From IMG/VR virus record IMGVR_UViG_3300021399_004696: DNA of 63,371 nt; one strand, written 5' to 3'. This document shows positions 28,059-37,743 of this stretch, one piece after another (positions within the stretch are counted from its first letter, which is position 1; every line of letters begins with the position of its first letter). Both the position numbers and the translations under genes were made by a program. Source of the stretch: an uncultured virus (IMG/VR IMGVR_UViG_3300021399_004696). Taxonomy: Duplodnaviria; Heunggongvirae; Uroviricota; Caudoviricetes. The notes beneath the pieces are model-generated. The model did no database searches, was not told the origin of the DNA, and saw only the letters and a list, made by a program, of their open reading frames with translations.

Positions 28059-28574
28059 ATGGCAAAACACAGAACAATAACAATTTTCGATAAAGACGCA
28101 ACTGTTACTAATGTACTCAACGCTTTTAACGGGCAACTTGCTGACGGGTGCGGAGAAAGCGGGGATTTCTATCCTGAGATCTGGAACTATCTGGATTATA
28201 AAAGAAGCAAAAAGAATCCTTCGGAGGGGTTGATCGTTATTCAGGATTATCCCAGTTGGGTCAATGTAAAAAACCCGTTTAAGAGTATAAATGATTCTGA
28301 CGCTCTTTTATATTTGGCAGATGCCCTGGACGACTTTGAATGTTTCTACCCTGAACTTATGGATCAGTTGGGCGGAAAGGAAAAGATCGACTATGTAATA
28401 GCATCTCTGAAGGCTCACGCGTTCCTTTACAGTAAGGACGGCGAGCATACTTTGATGGAACACGGAACTATGTTTGCTGAGTATTTAGGGCATAACGTGT
28501 CGGAGGCTAAAGAACAGCTCATTGAATATACGATCGGTACGTATTTAAGAGAAAAAAGCGGACATGAGTTATAA
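28059..28574 (+). CDS. hypothetical protein (C-terminus GHEL)
   Basis: ORF with RBS. Confidence 0.72.
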   Translation: MAKHRTITIFDKDATVTNVLNAFNGQLADGCGESGDFYPEIWNYLDYKRSKKNPSEGLIVIQDYPSWVNVKNPFKSINDSDALLYLADALDDFECFYPELMDQLGGKEKIDYVIASLKAHAFLYSKDGEHTLMEHGTMFAEYLGHNVSEAKEQLIEYTIGTYLREKSGHEL

Positions 28575-28589
28575 GGAGGAGTTTCGGTT

Positions 28590-29093
28590 ATGGAAATAAA
28601 TAACATTATTTGGGATACAGATGGAGAAGAGATCGCTGATCTTCCCGACAGAGTAACTGTCGATACGGATATTACACCGGATATGGCAGCAGACTGGTTA
28701 TCCGATAAATACGGGTTTTGTGTAGAAAGTCTTTCTGTCAGTGGCTTGTGGTTTGAAGCGGATAACTATGATCTTACGGCTTATTTTGATAATATCGCCA
28801 TTATGTCCCTGGGTCTTGTTGACGGGTCGGTTCTTTGCCATGCTAACGATCCTGAGTTGAAAGCGGACTTCAAAGAGTGGAACAGTATGGGGGATAAGAC
28901 GATTAATGGGCTTAACAACCCTGATAATGTTCTCATTCCCGGCGCAGAACGGGTGTTCAAAGATTACTGCCGAGATTTTGTTTCCTTTATCAGAATCCAG
29001 GGCCCGGAAAAGTATAATTATTCTTTTGGCGCTAAAGAAGAAAGTCCGGATTTCTTCGTTAACACCAGACCGGTGGTCGAGCGTTCCTTGTAA
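28590..29093 (+). CDS. hypothetical protein (C-terminus ERSL)
   Basis: IIWDTDG..ADWLSDKYGFCV motif type common in MGE proteins. Confidence 0.72.
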   Translation: MEINNIIWDTDGEEIADLPDRVTVDTDITPDMAADWLSDKYGFCVESLSVSGLWFEADNYDLTAYFDNIAIMSLGLVDGSVLCHANDPELKADFKEWNSMGDKTINGLNNPDNVLIPGAERVFKDYCRDFVSFIRIQGPEKYNYSFGAKEESPDFFVNTRPVVERSL

Positions 29094-29144
29094 GGCTAAA
29101 ACCCCGTATTTTCAAGGCTTTCCGGGTATTTGTAACACCAATTA

Positions 29145-29175
29145 CCGGGTTATTTAGGCTTATCCCTTTTATACT
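29145..29175 (+). promoter_or_regulatory. CCGGG-N20-TATACT element promoter
   Basis: Recurrent fixed-spacing motif; a second CCGGG at 29122. Confidence 0.65.
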
Positions 29176-29209
29176 ATAAGCACAAAGATAAACAAGGAGG
29201 ATAAGCCCT

Positions 29210-29299
29210 ATGACTAACACTAACTACACCAGACCTAAAGCGACAGAACCAGATCCTATCGAGACCGATGCTTGGGTAATCTACATCACAGGTTTCTAA
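29210..29299 (+). CDS. 29-aa peptide MTNTNYTRPKATEPDPIETDAWVIYITGF
   Basis: Own promoter, AAGGAGG RBS, downstream terminator; below the ORF-track size cutoff. Confidence 0.65.
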   Translation: MTNTNYTRPKATEPDPIETDAWVIYITGF

Positions 29300-29313
29300 T
29301 AAAGATCAGAAGG

Positions 29314-29342
29314 GCAGGGGAGATTAAGATCCCCTGCTTTGT
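29314..29342 (+). terminator. intrinsic terminator
   Basis: GCAGGGGA..TCCCCTGC stem plus TTTGT. Confidence 0.6.
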
Positions 29343-29365
29343 TATGGAGAGATGGGGTGACAAAT

Positions 29366-30049
29366 ATGCAGGACACGTTTAAGACGAAAAACGATGCTTT
29401 TACAGGTAAATATGCAGACTTTAACCGTCAGATGGAAAAGTACGACCGTCTGGACGAGATCATGCAGACCTGTAAAGGGAAGATCAAGGATACAGATCCG
29501 ATAATAGATGCTACCTACTCGTTAAGAAACAGCATACCTGAAGGCTTTAATTTCCTATATGACACTATGCATGACGGTAACGGAGCCGGTTATGGTATTT
29601 TTGTTCCGGCTCGCGTCTGGGGCGATAAGATGAAGCCTTACATGATCGCCATCAAGATGAATGATGATGAGCTTAAACTCCTTGGTAAAGCCCATAAGTA
29701 TTGCATGAGAGGGATCAAATCCGTAAAGGAGACTTTAGGGCTTCCTATTAATTATGAGTCCCTTCACGACCGTCGCAAGCATAAATGCGCGAAAGAAGTA
29801 ATCGGTATATATGAAAAATATTTGGATAAAAATGTTTCATATGATGTCGAAAAGTATTCACTTAAAAAGGAAATGAAAATAGATAAAAACCGTGAATTGA
29901 AATTCGACACTACTTTATATATCAATCCGTTGGAAGGGGAGAGTGAAGAACAGACGGTTGCAAGGTTGACTAAGATCCTTGAAGATAACGGTATAAGTAT
30001 TCTAGACGGTACTTTAGATCCCAATCATTATGAGATGCGGGATTTATAA
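29366..30049 (+). CDS. hypothetical protein (C-terminus MRDL)
   Basis: ORF. Confidence 0.7.
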   Translation: MQDTFKTKNDAFTGKYADFNRQMEKYDRLDEIMQTCKGKIKDTDPIIDATYSLRNSIPEGFNFLYDTMHDGNGAGYGIFVPARVWGDKMKPYMIAIKMNDDELKLLGKAHKYCMRGIKSVKETLGLPINYESLHDRRKHKCAKEVIGIYEKYLDKNVSYDVEKYSLKKEMKIDKNRELKFDTTLYINPLEGESEEQTVARLTKILEDNGISILDGTLDPNHYEMRDL

Positions 30050-30058
30050 AAGACTATT

Positions 30059-30089
30059 CCGGGTTATCGGACGGGATAAAATATAGAAT
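30059..30089 (+). promoter_or_regulatory. CCGGG-N20-TAGAAT element promoter
   Basis: Recurrent fixed-spacing motif. Confidence 0.6.
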
Positions 30090-30123
30090 CAATATAGACT
30101 TAAATAAAGAGGAGTTAAGCGTC

Positions 30124-30522
30124 ATGGAAACAATTTCATATGAAACCAGATGGGGTACTACATACACTTTCAAAGTTGTAGATTCGGCTCCTGATGAGGA
30201 ATACCGTGTATGGAATATCGGGGACAATATGATCGATGGGTACCTTCCGCTGGCCCGCGTTAATATAGGACTTTCGTATAATGTCGATGTGGACACTCTC
30301 GTAGCTATTGACATGTCAGCAGATCCCGAATTGCTTCAGGATTTCCGCAAAGCAGCTTCTGTCGGGGTTGGCTCTTTGAAAGATGCTCGGAAGTATGCAA
30401 AGATCTCGCCTACTACGAATCTGACAAAGGAGCAGCACGACTACGCAATAAAGCTTTTGCCTGCGTTTGAAAAGATGTATGATGACGGATTCGGATTTAA
30501 TACAGAAGAGAGATCTTTATAA
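30124..30522 (+). CDS. hypothetical protein (C-terminus ERSL)
   Basis: GAGGAG RBS. Confidence 0.72.
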   Translation: METISYETRWGTTYTFKVVDSAPDEEYRVWNIGDNMIDGYLPLARVNIGLSYNVDVDTLVAIDMSADPELLQDFRKAASVGVGSLKDARKYAKISPTTNLTKEQHDYAIKLLPAFEKMYDDGFGFNTEERSL

Positions 30523-30540
30523 AGTGAGGGCCTAATAAAG

Positions 30541-30918
30541 ATGCTTCTTTGTAAGGATTGTGAGAAATACAAAAATACTGCTACCGAGACGGTCGGGGTG
30601 TGTTCACTCCCCGAATGCTATTTTCCGGTATGCGGCACAGATCCTTGTGCTTTTTTACATGTTGATAAAAAGACTTGCGGGAAATGTGACCGTTTCGGTC
30701 AGGACTTTGCCTGTATGACGCAGATGCCCGACGATGACGCAACAAAATGTCCCGGATTTATAGACCGTAACGATATCGTATTTCAAACAATCCTCTGCGA
30801 GTGGCTTAAAACAGGGGAATACAATAAGGAGAAGATCCGAAATCTTTGTACTGAGTTTGAAAGCACGGAGCTTTATAAATTCATTTTACAACATTTGGAT
30901 AAGGAGGAAGAGAGATGA
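30541..30918 (+). CDS. Cys-rich hypothetical protein
   Basis: Multiple CxxC motifs. Confidence 0.68.
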   Translation: MLLCKDCEKYKNTATETVGVCSLPECYFPVCGTDPCAFLHVDKKTCGKCDRFGQDFACMTQMPDDDATKCPGFIDRNDIVFQTILCEWLKTGEYNKEKIRNLCTEFESTELYKFILQHLDKEEER

Positions 30919-31193
30919 AGATAACAAATCCGTACGAGGGAAAAACGATCAAGGAGATTGAGATAGGAGATGTCATTACAGCCTTGGGCTGTTCCTATGA
31001 AGTTCACAAGATCCTGCATCAGGACTATTTTGAGCACGGCAATGACTGGGATATCGAGTATTTTGATATAGAGTTCCTGGATAAAGGCGGGGGATACCAT
31101 CACTATAAATCTGATTTTGATCACGGATCTATCATGGACTGGAAGACTAAAGAGACTGTCTTTGAGCACCCCGGGATCAATAGAGACCTTTGA
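30915..31193 (+). CDS. hypothetical protein (C-terminus NRDL)
   Basis: ATGA coupling, RBS. Confidence 0.7.
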   Translation: MKITNPYEGKTIKEIEIGDVITALGCSYEVHKILHQDYFEHGNDWDIEYFDIEFLDKGGGYHHYKSDFDHGSIMDWKTKETVFEHPGINRDL

Positions 31194-31211
31194 TAAGAGG
31201 AGGGCTTTGTT

Positions 31212-31439
31212 ATGTCATATGATTACTGGCAGACCGTAGGAGGGCAGGAGACGGCGCATTTTATTCAGCAGATCGGACGCGTGGCTCCTGATATAAACGA
31301 CCATCTTCAAGCCCTTATCAAGTTGAAAGAAAAAGATATCGCTCTTCGAGAGGCTGAGATCAAACTTCAATGTACGATCAACGGTTTAGATCCTGCAGAG
31401 TTCTTGCCGGGTTCGTTGGGGCAGGAGCGTTCTTTATAA
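31212..31439 (+). CDS. hypothetical protein (C-terminus ERSL)
   Basis: GAGGAGG RBS. Confidence 0.68.
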   Translation: MSYDYWQTVGGQETAHFIQQIGRVAPDINDHLQALIKLKEKDIALREAEIKLQCTINGLDPAEFLPGSLGQERSL

Positions 31440-31672
31440 TGGCCGGAACAGCAGATCAGCAGCAAACAGTTGCTTGTAAGTATTGTGAATGGTTTGATAG
31501 CCATAAAGCTCAATGTATCATAGACTACAGCAGCTGTTACCAGGGCGGCCTTTGTATTAAGAAGGACTGCCATACTTTTGTGTCTTCTAAAAAGACGGGC
31601 GCTAAAGAAAAAGATGTGGCTAAAGTGCTGTTGCTTACTAAGTTGAAAGGCAGGGTGGGGATGTTACGATGA
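31439..31672 (+). CDS. Cys-rich hypothetical protein
   Basis: TAATG coupling. Confidence 0.5.
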   Translation: MAGTADQQQTVACKYCEWFDSHKAQCIIDYSSCYQGGLCIKKDCHTFVSSKKTGAKEKDVAKVLLLTKLKGRVGMLR

Positions 31673-32187
31673 GTGTTTCTGCCGACATGTTAAGCGAGGA
31701 GACCAGAAAGAGACTGTATAAAAATATACATGTCTACTATATGCCTCTTACGATCATTACGGGTCTGTTTACTTTCCTTCCTTTGCTCGGGCTTATTGGC
31801 GTAATGTATAAAACTTTTATCCTGAAAGATACAGATCCATGGATCTTCGGCGTTATTGCGACCGGCACGATCCTTTTCTGTTCTTTACTTTGCCTGATAT
31901 TTATCAAACCGTTTCTGGTAGTATATAACATCAAGAATAACAACTTTGATTGCAGATATCTTTATGTCAACAGAGTTGAAAGAAAAAATTGTCTTTCTTT
32001 GGATAAGATGACCACTGGTAGCCATCACAGGATCGCCAAAAAGGTCACATCTTATTATGACGTATTCTACTGGGACGGGCAGGAAGTGCGCATTCCGGAA
32101 ATGCTCGAAAAAACCTGCCCCGGTATGCCTATGTATGTCCTCAAGATCAAGAACGAATTTTATATGGTAAAGCCTTCAAACACCTGA
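31669..32187 (+). CDS. membrane protein (2 TM)
   Basis: Two hydrophobic helices. Confidence 0.68.
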   Translation: MSVSADMLSEETRKRLYKNIHVYYMPLTIITGLFTFLPLLGLIGVMYKTFILKDTDPWIFGVIATGTILFCSLLCLIFIKPFLVVYNIKNNNFDCRYLYVNRVERKNCLSLDKMTTGSHHRIAKKVTSYYDVFYWDGQEVRIPEMLEKTCPGMPMYVLKIKNEFYMVKPSNT

Positions 32188-32191
32188 TCCA

Positions 32192-32222
32192 CCGGGCTTT
32201 TCTCTTTCTAACATGGGACAAT
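32192..32222 (+). promoter_or_regulatory. CCGGG-N20-GACAAT element promoter
   Basis: Recurrent fixed-spacing motif. Confidence 0.65.
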
Positions 32223-32254
32223 TAGAGTATCAAAAGAGAAAGAGAGGTCTTGAT

Positions 32255-32857
32255 ATGGGACTTGATATGTTTGCTTTTAAGATTCGTAAGGTTACTGCAG
32301 AGGAGTTGGCTTCCATTAATTCTTATGAAGATGTCAGAAATGGTCTGAATGCTATTTCTGTTGCGGATTTTAACGACAACCCCGAAATGTTTAATGATCT
32401 CGGGCCGTATGTTACTAAGAAGGCTCTGTCCACTTCATACATCAACTATGACAAGATCCGCGAGGACTTCGGTATTCCCGAAAAGGCCCATTGCGTTGGA
32501 GAACGTTATTCGGCTGAGGGTTGGAGCTTTTCATATCGTTGGGAAGACGGCGAGGAGAAGCAGAATAAGAAGGTTTCTATTTCTGCAGAGAGTAAGGATG
32601 AGTATTTAATAACCAAGGATACGGATTTCTTCCTTTTCCATTGCACAGATGTAGGCTATTGGAGAAAGGATTACGAGCTTCAGGATGAGATCTATGATGG
32701 GTTCCATTTTGCCGGCACGGAAGTAGAGAACTGCGGTTATTACAAGGTTAATGACGATGTCTTTGACCTTATCAGGGATGATCTGTCAGAAGAGGGCGTG
32801 GACGCTTATCTTTCTGAAGACGCTGATACAGGACTTTTCTATCACGAGTGGTATTAA
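32255..32857 (+). CDS. hypothetical protein (MGLDM..YWRK..WY type)
   Basis: Motif type common in phage/MGE proteins. Confidence 0.75.
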   Translation: MGLDMFAFKIRKVTAEELASINSYEDVRNGLNAISVADFNDNPEMFNDLGPYVTKKALSTSYINYDKIREDFGIPEKAHCVGERYSAEGWSFSYRWEDGEEKQNKKVSISAESKDEYLITKDTDFFLFHCTDVGYWRKDYELQDEIYDGFHFAGTEVENCGYYKVNDDVFDLIRDDLSEEGVDAYLSEDADTGLFYHEWY

Positions 32858-32870
32858 CGAGAGGGTTCAT

Positions 32871-33236
32871 ATGAATGAATGTGGCTTTTTATCACCTGAA
32901 GCTGTTTTATATGAGTGTGCATCATATGACCATTTAAGTACAGCGATAAAGATTTGTGAAGGTCTTGGTAAGGTGTGTTATAACGGAATCGAGGCAGAGG
33001 ATTACTTAATGGATCTGGGTTGGGTGGTCGTCAGAGCGCGTGATGTGTATGGCAGGATAGGATATCCGAGGCTAGATAATGGGCAGAAAATAGTTCGTTT
33101 AACAGATGTGCAGAAAGCGTGGCTTGTAGGGCACTATGAAGATATGCCGACTGATAAGCAGCGTAGCGTAGATCGAATGATAGACTACTCAGACAGTGTT
33201 AATAGAAGATATCTTACTGAAAAAGGGCTGATATAG
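32871..33236 (+). CDS. hypothetical protein
   Basis: GFLSP..H..GWV..LT..Q pattern; RBS. Confidence 0.68.
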   Translation: MNECGFLSPEAVLYECASYDHLSTAIKICEGLGKVCYNGIEAEDYLMDLGWVVVRARDVYGRIGYPRLDNGQKIVRLTDVQKAWLVGHYEDMPTDKQRSVDRMIDYSDSVNRRYLTEKGLI

Positions 33237-33276
33237 GAAACCTGCACAATTATAAAAGCAGAAAAGGAGGCAGAGA

Positions 33277-33519
33277 ATGAGTAAGTGTAAAGAAGCGAGT
33301 GAGAAATTAAAAGAAATATTGTTTATGACGGGTTACAAAGAGACTCTTAACCTTGCTATCAAGGCTCTTGATATGGTTGAGCAGTTAGAGAATATGAGAG
33401 ATAACTTATATCGCTTGTATGAAGTAGAAAAAGGAAATGACGATTGTTCTTATGGAAGAAAGCAAGTATTAGGTACTGTTCATTCTGATTTAGAAGAATT
33501 GCTCGAAAGGTTTGATTGA
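33277..33519 (+). CDS. hypothetical protein
   Basis: AAGGAGG RBS. Confidence 0.65.
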   Translation: MSKCKEASEKLKEILFMTGYKETLNLAIKALDMVEQLENMRDNLYRLYEVEKGNDDCSYGRKQVLGTVHSDLEELLERFD

Positions 33520-33530
33520 GGAGGCAGAGA

Positions 33531-33914
33531 ATGAGCAGTAATACTCACGAGTTAAAGATATTGCCACAGTGGTTTGCGGATGTATCGACAGGCAAGAAGA
33601 ACTTTGAAATTCGCAGGAATGACCGAGCTTTTAAGGTAGGCGATTATCTCCTGCTCAAAGAATACGAGAGAGGACACTACACAGGTAGAGAGCTCAAGAA
33701 ACGAATTCAGTATATATATCAAGGCGATGGGAACTATGGCTTGCCGGAGGAGTTCTGCATACTTGGCTTAGAGGACAGACCGACAGGCGAGTGGGAAAAA
33801 GTCACCGAAGCACATGAGGATATTGGCTATGACAGAGGCTTCCGTGACGGATATGCTCAATGTATTGCCGATAAAGAAGAGAGAAAGGAAAGGAACAGAC
33901 TGTTTGGTCGTTGA
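33531..33914 (+). CDS. DUF3850/ASCH (PUA-like) domain protein
   Basis: HELKILP..F..V..GKKNFEIRRNDRAFKVGD.L.L.E..YTGR. Confidence 0.82.
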   Translation: MSSNTHELKILPQWFADVSTGKKNFEIRRNDRAFKVGDYLLLKEYERGHYTGRELKKRIQYIYQGDGNYGLPEEFCILGLEDRPTGEWEKVTEAHEDIGYDRGFRDGYAQCIADKEERKERNRLFGR

Positions 33915-33969
33915 TGAAAGTCGGCGAAGAGAAATAAAAAAATAATTGAAAGAAAAGGGGGGTTCGCTC

Positions 33970-34302
33970 ATGACTATCAACGAATTGCTTGAAAAGATCA
34001 CCGAAAAGTTTAACGAGAAGGATCTCAGCTTTGTAGAGATATTCTCTATGGACATTCCTGAAGACGCAGGACATCTGGAGCCTGACGAAGCTCTCATAGT
34101 TGCAGAGATCGTCTGGGGCGACTGGAAACACGTTCATGCTTATACTAACCAACTGATGGAAGCGGTTTTGAAAGAAAATAACATCTCTCTTCTGGATACT
34201 CACGAAACCGTAACCGAACAGGACGGTTCTGACTGCTACTCGGCGAATCACTACTTTATCGTCGGCGGTCTGGAGATTACTTCGCCGGAACCCCATTTAT
34301 AA
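33970..34302 (+). CDS. hypothetical protein
   Basis: WGDWKH..DGSDCYSA.H motif. Confidence 0.7.
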   Translation: MTINELLEKITEKFNEKDLSFVEIFSMDIPEDAGHLEPDEALIVAEIVWGDWKHVHAYTNQLMEAVLKENNISLLDTHETVTEQDGSDCYSANHYFIVGGLEITSPEPHL

Positions 34303-34537
34303 CAAGTCCACTCCTGGCACCACAGGTTTATTGGAAGAGGGTCTTCATTACCGAAGGCTCTTTTTTGTTATTTCTAAAACATTCCTGTCTACCGGTCTTT
34401 TCGACCGGGGCTGTACAATAATGAATGCAGATAGATTTCAAAGATCCTTCCCCTGGATTTCGTGGGATTTTACCCAAGGTCAAGGAGCCTGAAACGCAGC
34501 TTCGCGTTTGTTTACAGTAAAGGAGATTTTTAATATC

Positions 34538-34957
34538 ATGTTCTATTCAACCACTTTCTGGCCCTGTCTTTTGGTGTGGCTTTTTACCCTTTTTACTTGC
34601 GGCTTCCTTATTGCCGGGGGCTTGCACTACATCCGAGACCTTAACGAAAGCGCAGATGAGAGGATCACCAGGTATGATGCGGTCAAAGCCCAGGAGGAAG
34701 CTGACAACTACATCTACACTGTATCCGGCAAGGACATCAGGACAGTCGGCATTATCGGTAAGCAGACCCGCTACGTTCTTTACTACGACGTTACTTACAC
34801 TTTTAACGGTGAGACTGACGTTCACACCGATGAGGTCTTTGTTACGGAATCCGTATTTGACTCCGTTTCGATCGGTGACCTCTTCGATGTGGCAAGCGTT
34901 GCTCCGGTCGAGTCCGCCCCTGAAGCCTCCGAGCCTTCGATCGAGATAGCGGTCTGA
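34538..34957 (+). CDS. membrane-anchored hypothetical protein
   Basis: N-terminal TM; AAGGAG RBS. Confidence 0.68.
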   Translation: MFYSTTFWPCLLVWLFTLFTCGFLIAGGLHYIRDLNESADERITRYDAVKAQEEADNYIYTVSGKDIRTVGIIGKQTRYVLYYDVTYTFNGETDVHTDEVFVTESVFDSVSIGDLFDVASVAPVESAPEASEPSIEIAV

Positions 34958-35040
34958 CCGCCACCCCTGAAACGCCCTGTACTGCTTGATCCGGCGCCCT
35001 CTTTTCTTTTTCAGAATCCTTTCTTTATTGACTCTTTTAA

Positions 35041-35071
35041 CCGGGTCTTTTACCCCGGATCGTGAGACAAT
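35041..35071 (+). promoter_or_regulatory. CCGGG-N20-GACAAT element promoter
   Basis: Recurrent fixed-spacing motif. Confidence 0.65.
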
Positions 35072-35101
35072 ATAAGTAACTTAGAAAGGAGCTTTTCTCT
35101 T

Positions 35102-35605
35102 ATGGCTACTAATCAGATGAGTATCTTTGACGTATCCCTCAATGTTTTACCCATTGCCGAACTCTTAAAGCCAGGCGACAGTATTGATGACCGGTCCCTT
35201 ATCGGCTCCGAGATCCCCTTTCACGATCTCAATTCTTATATAAACAAGACCGTTATCTACTTTGACGGTCGGGATTCGTATAAGGTCGTCAAGATCGTTT
35301 CCTTTTCTGAAGATGTCCAGACGGTTTACCGCTTAAAAGCCTCTTCCGCTATTCCGGACAATTTTCAATACCCCGATTTCGTTAATGAGCTTATCCGTAA
35401 CTACTATATGAGCCCGAAGTATCGTGATCTGTATGAAGAAGCATACCAGTCCTCTACGGTCCTGTTCTCGTCAGATCCGAGAAAGCGGGGCGGGGGCGAG
35501 TCCTATTTATCCAGTATCGCAGAGCATTACTGCAGTAACGGCAGACACGCACCTTTACAATGTTATCCTTATTCATTCTTTGAGATAAACGAAGTTGAAA
35601 GATAA
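35102..35605 (+). CDS. hypothetical protein (N-terminal QMSIF, clamp-binding-like)
   Basis: AAGGAG RBS. Confidence 0.7.
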   Translation: MATNQMSIFDVSLNVLPIAELLKPGDSIDDRSLIGSEIPFHDLNSYINKTVIYFDGRDSYKVVKIVSFSEDVQTVYRLKASSAIPDNFQYPDFVNELIRNYYMSPKYRDLYEEAYQSSTVLFSSDPRKRGGGESYLSSIAEHYCSNGRHAPLQCYPYSFFEINEVER

Positions 35606-35620
35606 AGGAGGCTTTCGCTT

Positions 35621-35917
35621 ATGCCTTTTCGCAACCAGCATGGCAGACACGCGCAGCAGAAGAGAAGACGCTTGAACAACCGAGGCGTTCCCAGACAGAC
35701 AGAAGACTATCAGCTCATTACAGGTGATTTTTCCAGACAGCCCTATGCCTACTGTTGCCGGTACAGGGGCTATCTGACAAAGAATATGGCTGATCTTCAC
35801 AAATGTAACTGCAGGAAGTGTCAGCATTATAAACCTTTGGAGTGGGCGGTAAAAAGGAACAAGGGGTTCCGTTGTGACCTTAGCTGTATGCCGGAAACAC
35901 AGGCAGAAGTGGTCTGA
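35621..35917 (+). CDS. Cys/His-rich hypothetical protein
   Basis: PYAYC..GYLT..HKC..C; similar to 58639-59073. Confidence 0.7.
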   Translation: MPFRNQHGRHAQQKRRRLNNRGVPRQTEDYQLITGDFSRQPYAYCCRYRGYLTKNMADLHKCNCRKCQHYKPLEWAVKRNKGFRCDLSCMPETQAEVV

Positions 35918-35968
35918 TAACAACCGACAACTAACCGGATAAATAATCATATTAAGGAGGTTTCTCTT

Positions 35969-36172
35969 ATGAGTGATTCATGTTTTTGCAAGGTAACCAT
36001 CGGCGTTGATGTAACGCTTGAAGAGCTTGAAGAGTATGCGAGGAAGAACGGTATCGAGTACGATCCGACCGAGCTGTTCAGTCTTGTGGACAGTTACATG
36101 GACAGCAAGTTCGGACAGGGGCTTGGTTGTGAAACAGAAATAATTTCACGTTCTAATGATAAGGAGATCTGA
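35969..36172 (+). CDS. hypothetical protein
   Basis: AAGGAGG RBS. Confidence 0.68.
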   Translation: MSDSCFCKVTIGVDVTLEELEEYARKNGIEYDPTELFSLVDSYMDSKFGQGLGCETEIISRSNDKEI

Positions 36173-36175
36173 TAT

Positions 36176-36406
36176 ATGAAACAGATATTACTTGCTGATG
36201 TCTATGCAGGGGATACCTATGTCGGTGCGATCCAGAGCAATACCCTGGAGTCCCTTAAAGCTAAAGCGTCCAAGCTTTGCAGCAGTTATAATACAGCACA
36301 GGACCGTATGGAAGTCTATAAGCCTTCGGATGACCACGCCGTAACCTTCTGGCGTATCAATCGCAAGTGCCCGAATAACACTAACATACGAGGATCTTGG
36401 AAATAA
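36176..36406 (+). CDS. hypothetical protein
   Basis: AAGGAG RBS. Confidence 0.65.
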   Translation: MKQILLADVYAGDTYVGAIQSNTLESLKAKASKLCSSYNTAQDRMEVYKPSDDHAVTFWRINRKCPNNTNIRGSWK

Positions 36407-36424
36407 AGATCGGAGGGCAGTACC

Positions 36425-36625
36425 ATGAGTAAAAACGACTTCATGAAGTATAAGGAATATGAGAATGCTACAAGCGGTGATCCGTCCGGAGGCGGAAGCG
36501 GCGCGGGTTGCGCAATACTCTTTTTCCTTGCCGGGATCGGCTTTATCATTCTGGTCTTTTCCACCGGTTACTGGTACATAGCCCTCTTTCTTCTTTTAAT
36601 ATTTTTAGCAGTCCTGGGCAGCTGA
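36425..36625 (+). CDS. small membrane protein
   Basis: Gly-rich linker plus 2 TM. Confidence 0.65.
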   Translation: MSKNDFMKYKEYENATSGDPSGGGSGAGCAILFFLAGIGFIILVFSTGYWYIALFLLLIFLAVLGS

Positions 36626-36673
36626 TCCGTGCGGCACACCCAGTTAATTTCAAGGCTTTAACGTCCGGATCTC

Positions 36674-36736
36674 CCGGGCGTTCTTTTTTGTAAGATGAGA
36701 TAATTTAACTATCAAAAGAGGAAGAGAGGATCTTTT
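36674..36736 (+). promoter_or_regulatory. CCGGG-N20-GATAAT promoter plus conserved leader/RBS cassette
   Basis: GATAATTTAACTATCAAAAGAGGAAGAGAGGATCTTTT identical to the 38045 copy. Confidence 0.75.
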
Positions 36737-36738
36737 CA

Positions 36739-36870
36739 ATGGAGGTATATCTTGAAGATAACAGACCTACTATTGATGAAGTGTGTAAGTCGTATGATGA
36801 ATGTAATAAAGAGTGTCCTTTGTATGGATTTTGCCACCCACGGGCAGATAAGAAAGGGGAAGAAGAATGA
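36739..36870 (+). CDS. 43-aa Cys-rich peptide
   Basis: MEVYLEDN..C..C..CPLYGFC; first ORF after the cassette, coupled to the next ORF. Confidence 0.55.
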   Translation: MEVYLEDNRPTIDEVCKSYDECNKECPLYGFCHPRADKKGEEE

Positions 36871-37070
36871 CTAAAATACGAGTTACTCGTGCATATGTTG
36901 AAAATGAATATGAAGTTGTGGAGGTGTTTAATGATATTGAATACAATCTTCATAACCTCGAACAAGGATTGGGAGATTTTCTCGTTCTCCATACAATAGA
37001 CGGGAAAACGATTACTATAAATCCATCGAATTGCGTAAGTGTCGAAATTGCAAAGGAGGAAGAAGAATGA
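36867..37070 (+). CDS. hypothetical protein
   Basis: ATGA coupling. Confidence 0.65.
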   Translation: MTKIRVTRAYVENEYEVVEVFNDIEYNLHNLEQGLGDFLVLHTIDGKTITINPSNCVSVEIAKEEEE

Positions 37071-37558
37071 AAAAATCTGCTCAGACTCCAACAGCTCCAG
37101 CTAAGTCATATCTGCGATTCTTACCGAAAAACATGCGTTTAAGTGCGGATATGCATGTCGGCTGCTTCTTTATCGCTACTACAGATGGTGATGAGAAGTA
37201 CGATTCTATTCTCAAAAAGTACACGTTCACGTCAATACGAGGCGGTATGTACTGGCATAACGATAGCGGTTATGCAGCCCTATCATGTATGGAAGAACTC
37301 ATCAAAAACGGATATGTTGTTCAGGTAGAGTATGAAGAGCTCGGCTATGTACTTATCGGCAAGCACGGATCTGAAACCATACATGAATATAATCAGCGTA
37401 CATTCACATCGCCCCTTGATCTTAACCATTTCATTCAGGATTACTGGTGGAAAGCTGAGAAAGAAAAGTGCAGTGATTGGTGGGACGGCACGCTTGAGCC
37501 CATTGTGCAGGAACAGGCAAAGCATCGTAAAGTATTCAAAAAGGGAGTGAGTGTATGA
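37067..37558 (+). CDS. hypothetical protein
   Basis: ATGA coupling, AAGGAGG RBS. Confidence 0.68.
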   Translation: MKKSAQTPTAPAKSYLRFLPKNMRLSADMHVGCFFIATTDGDEKYDSILKKYTFTSIRGGMYWHNDSGYAALSCMEELIKNGYVVQVEYEELGYVLIGKHGSETIHEYNQRTFTSPLDLNHFIQDYWWKAEKEKCSDWWDGTLEPIVQEQAKHRKVFKKGVSV

Positions 37559-37719
37559 AGAAAAAGAAAGAAGAGATCAATACTGTAGCCGACTTAAAAG
37601 CTAAGCTGGCTGAATTCCCCGACGACTATCCTCTGCATATATTCAAGTCTGATGATGACTATATGTTTATAAGAGATATCGTCGATTACGACGACACATG
37701 CGAGATCGAACTCATTTAA
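37555..37719 (+). CDS. 54-aa hypothetical protein
   Basis: TVADLKAKLAEFPDD, a phage-type small-protein motif; ATGA coupling. Confidence 0.6.
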   Translation: MKKKKEEINTVADLKAKLAEFPDDYPLHIFKSDDDYMFIRDIVDYDDTCEIELI

Positions 37720-37743
37720 CTAACACTGTAGGAAGTTTTTGTT

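Noticed and set aside
29308..29318. Match of the spacer 7 end (AGAAGGGCAGG) within the window
   Set aside because: Only 11 nt; the rest of the spacer does not match, so not self-targeting
33265..33535. 17-bp direct repeat AGGAGGCAGAGAATGAG
   Set aside because: Just shared RBS/start context of two adjacent phage-like genes
34430..34510. Hairpin-rich leader before 34538 as a riboswitch
   Set aside because: No match to a riboswitch consensus that I can recognise
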